Assembly (NCBI GenBank): GCA_024679065.1
Contig: JAGIQG010000026.1
Location: forward strand, 28,086,001-28,150,000
Reading direction: 5' to 3'
From: Sphyrna mokarran
Lineage: Eukaryota
DNA: 64,000 nt
Position numbers and translations under genes: made by a program. Below, piece by piece: positions 60,360 through 64,000 of this stretch (positions within the stretch are counted from its first letter, which is position 1; every line of letters starts with the position of its first letter). The notes under the pieces are model-generated. The model did not search any database, was not told the origin of the DNA, and saw nothing but the letters and a program-made list of their open reading frames with translations.

Positions 60360-61865
60360 CCCCTTCGTACACATCTGCCCTTTTTCCAAGCACTTCACAC
60401 TGCTTCAATTTCTTAAACGTTTCGCACTCTCCTTTACTTTCAATGCACTCCCACATACTGTTCTAAACACTTTGTCCACTTGGTCTAATTCTCACATTTC
60501 ATCCCCATTATTTTCACTTCCTCAGTCTCATACTCTTCTTAGGTCCAGTTACTTAACCCATAAAAGTGCTGCTCCTCTGACACAACATGAGCCATCCACC
60601 CACACAGCACAGCCCTGTGTGCCACATGACTCTCGTATATGCAGGGTGTCAGCCACGCACACCACATTCAGTGTTCACACAAGCCTCGTGAGCTATCAGA
60701 TACGCAGCCTCTTTCACACACATTCATTTTCCTATACATTTTCCTCTCTATATACACACATTCACTTTCCTATACATTTCCCTTGTGCAGTCTCTTATAT
60801 ATTCTGCATAGGGGTCATTTTAGCTCAATTGGCTGGATGGCTGGTTCGTGATACAGTGATGCCAACAGTGCAGGTTCAATTCCCATACCGGCTGAGGTTA
60901 TTCATGAAAGCCCGCCTTCTGAACCATGTCTCTCGCCTAAGATGTGGTGATCCTGCGATTAAATCACCACCAGTCAGCACTCCCCCTCAAAGGGGTGAGC
61001 AGCCTATGGTCATCTGGGACCACGGCAACTTTATATATTCTGTCTTCACACTGTAGAGTTGATCACTCATACATTCTTGGCACATGTAATATGGTACACA
61101 CTTACTTTATACTCCCTTTCTCACAAATGTCACAATCACATAACATTTAGTCTCACTCTTTCCTGCATATTCCCTTCACATATGCTCACGCATTTCCATC
61201 CCTTGTTTGGATGTCTCATACTTTTTCCTTATCCTCACACAAATACACACTATCTGAACCACAAACACTCATTCAGGCATGCCAAGTCTTGCACAAAAAC
61301 ACTCCCTTCATCCTCACTCACTTATTCCCCTTGCGTGCATTCTCTTACACCTTCCAAATGTGCCTCTGTCACTCATCTACATATGCAACTGCCTTTGCAC
61401 GCACAGATAACAAAATTTTCAAAGACTTAAACCATTGAGAGCTTTGTACATACTCACAATTCCCTCATATTCATTCTGACATACTGGCACCTTCCGATAC
61501 TTTCGCTTCCCTTATATTTGAACATTCATCATACTTTTTCACACTACTTATTGCACACACTCAATCAAAACTTTCCATTTGCAAATTCTCTTTTTCATCC
61601 CCTTTCTCACAAACACTATTATACTCAAACGCGCACAGCATTCACTCACATTCATCTTGCAGTCTATTTCAAACAATCCACTCACCATTTGTCTCTTACT
61701 TATACCCCACTCACACCCTTACGCATGCCATGGCGCGCACACTCATTGCCCGCAGTCAGGCTCTCATCTTGCATTCACAATGCATTATGCTTATAGTATC
61801 CCCTCCCTCATGCACACTTTATACAGACACATTTTAGACATACTGTAACTAACACCTGCACTCAA
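60360..61865. repeat. C/A/T-rich low-complexity region (GU/GA-rich on the pre-mRNA)
   Basis: Strong G depletion on + with many cacac and ctcac motifs; explains ORFs 60472-61848. Confidence 0.7.
60811..61032 (+). mobile_element. tRNA-derived SINE, third family (copy 2)
   Basis: A-box tagctcaattgg, B-box ggttcaattccc, body ggctgaggttattcatgaa...gagcagcctatggtcatctgggac. Confidence 0.85.
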
Positions 61866-62199
61866 AACAATGTGGGATATTAATTTTTAGCTTAGGGATG
61901 TTGGAATACAAGAAGCTTTCAATATTCAGTATAATTTCTGTCTGTTTGTGGAGGTGAATTGATATATGCCAGCAGTGCAAAATGATCTGGTAGCAAATCA
62001 GCAGCCAATTTTTCACAATGTTAATTTTTATTTTCCACTGACTTGCAAAATATCACCAAGATTTTTAATTTCAAACCAAGTAAAAGCAACAGCAAGACTT
62101 GGATATGAGCTACCAAAAGAAGTCTGAATAATTGTTTAATGAACTTCGCTATAAAACTAATAGATTGCTGTGAAAAAAATAAGCTGGCAATTCACAACA

Positions 62200-62600
62200 A
62201 GTTGAGTAGGTTGGGCTTGTACTCAGTGGAATAGAATGAGAGGTGACCTTATTGAGACATGTAGAAATAACAGGGAGCTTTACAGTGTAGATGCTCAGAC
62301 ATTGTTTTGGGAGGGTCTAGGACCAGTGAACATAATCTCAGAGAAATTAAAAACAGAGATGAGGAGGAATTTCCTCTCTCAAAACAGGGCAGTGAATCTG
62401 TGGAATTCTTTACCACAGAGGGCTGTGGAAGCTGGGTTATGCTCAAGGCTAAGATAGACAGATTTTGATCAGTAAGGGAATTATGGGTTATGTAGATAAG
62501 ATAGGAAAGTGGACTTGAGCTTATATCTGATTAGTCATGATTTCATTAAATGGCAAAGCGGACTCAATCACCAAATGGTCTACATCTTATGGTCTATGGC
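62200..62600 (+). mobile_element. CR1 LINE 3' fragment
   Basis: ORF 62236..62457 MRGDLIET...MRRNFLSQ.RAVNLWNSLPQRAVEA. Confidence 0.88.
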
Positions 62601-62839
62601 TGTTGTACACTAATTTCATCTTCTATACCTCTGTTATAAAACAAAAGCTTATCAGTGGTATCACTGTTGCTATTACGAAAGCTCTTATGTTCCTGCACCC
62701 ACTCAACGTCCTCACTGATCCCATATCCTCAACATAGGAATGTTTATCTTAAAGCTGAAAGCGTTGAGTGTCGAAAATCAGGAATTCTTCTAGTAGATTA
62801 AATGGAAGGAGCAACTGCTTGCAGTAGCAGAATGGTCAC

Positions 62840-64000
62840 TTACCAAAGGATACAGATTAAAAGTGATGGGCACAGTCCAACAACCACAATCATGAAAAGT
62901 TTTTTTTAAAAATGCAGAGAGCGGTTGTGAACTGGGATGTACTACCTCAGATAGCAGCAGATTCAACATTAACATTTAAAAGAGAATTGGGTAGAAGACT
63001 GAACAGATAAAACTGAGACACAGAGAGGGGAAGTGGTATTAACTGGGTAGCTCTGTGAAAGACCCAGCACAAGCATGATGAGTGAAATGACTACTTCGTG
63101 TACTGTATCATTCCATGATTCAATTCTAGAATTCTTTCAACTGTCCCCATTCATTGAAGAACTCAGGTTAATCAAATAGAATTTTTCTTTAACATGCTGA
63201 CTTACACTTATTAACCCATACTTTTCCAAGTGCCTATTAACTCCATACCAGATTGTCTCTCAAAGTTTCCTCACCAGTGTTATGAAGCTAACTAGCTGGT
63301 AACTGCCAGGTTTATCCCTTTTGTCTTTTTTTGAACAGGAGTATAATATTTGCAATTCTCCATTTGCCTAACATTAAACAATATTCACAAAGAATTGGAT
63401 GTCTGTGGCCAGAGCTTCCACAATTTTTACCTTTAATTTACTTCCTTCATTCACACCTGCTTTGGCTACTCTTTCATTAGTTGTGAATATACAAAATATT
63501 TTTGGGGTCTCTTATGTCACCTGCTAATTTATTCTCATACAATATCTTCCATGGGGTATGAATGTTGCCGTCAAGGCTAGATTTGATGCCCATCCCTAAT
63601 GGCCTCTGAAGTGGTGGTGAACTGCTTTCTTTAATCCCTGCAGTCTACCTATTGTAAGAATATCCACAATATAACAAAGAAGGTGGTTTCAGGTTTGTGC
63701 CCCAGCAATGAAGGAACAACAAAATAGCTCCAAGTCAGAATAGTGCGTGATCTGGAGGGGAACTTGCAGGTGGTGGTTCCCACGCACCTGCTGCCCGTTC
63801 TTCTAGGTAGTTGTGGTCATGGGCATGGAAAATGCTGTCACAGGAGGCTTGGCAAGTTGCTGCAGTATATTCCGTATTTAGTACAAACTGCTATCACAGT
63901 GTGTCAATAATAGAGGAACTGGGTGTTTAAGGCGGTGGAGAGTGCTTTGTCCTGGTCGATGTCAAGCTTCCTGAACGCTGTTGGAGTTGCACTCATTCAG
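62840..64000. mobile_element. Cluster of decayed CR1-group fragments (62840-63125 plus; 63180-63540 and 63550-64000 minus)
   Basis: Recognisable tails (gacccagcacaagcatgatgag...; gcccatccctaat...ctgcagtc). Confidence 0.7.

Noticed and set aside
60811-60885. tRNA gene
   Set aside because: A and B boxes continue into a SINE body that has a second copy at 54768-54985; no full cloverleaf.
60472-61848. Longest ORFs in the track (up to 194 aa, His/Thr/Ser-rich)
   Set aside because: They result from low-complexity composition plus an embedded SINE; no domain; antisense to RANBP3.
1-64000. Intronic snoRNA or miRNA genes
   Set aside because: No convincing C/D or H/ACA box pair with terminal stem seen by eye on the host strand; an Infernal/Rfam scan is needed to exclude them.

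Overview
AT-rich vertebrate genomic DNA, most likely a shark: it carries HE1-type V-SINEs, DeuSINEs and CR1/HER1-type LINE fragments. There is no prokaryotic content. The whole window lies inside one minus-strand gene, RANBP3 (Ran-binding protein 3). Seven coding exons (551 nt, all GT-AG, phases consistent) splice to (E)KPAIAPPVFVFQKNEKGQK-RPVDTSSPEDAEDSDKDDGNYPPPVKRERSSSFTQVFPPSQPVPKNNVFMPLGFCQAAASNSDSEPDEKNVGFRLKPPTLIHGQAPSAGLPNQKSKEQQRSVLRPAVLQPPQPKSFTQNVASSGTNGVS...VSHT. Exon 1 lies beyond the right edge, and the FxFG and Ran-binding-domain exons lie beyond the left edge. The introns hold decayed CR1, RTE, L2 and Gypsy fragments, SINEs and Penelope-type palindromes. Best leads: (1) a young TSD-flanked foldback element with a minimal hammerhead ribozyme in each arm; (2) several unannotated cassette, micro- or poison-exon candidates with correct splice signals; (3) a CR1 LINE whose 3' UTR appears to have captured a V-SINE; (4) inverted repeats that could form long dsRNA or circRNA in the pre-mRNA. 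Repeat family names and boundaries come from recognition by eye and are approximate. Almost all supplied ORFs are non-coding noise or TE remnants.
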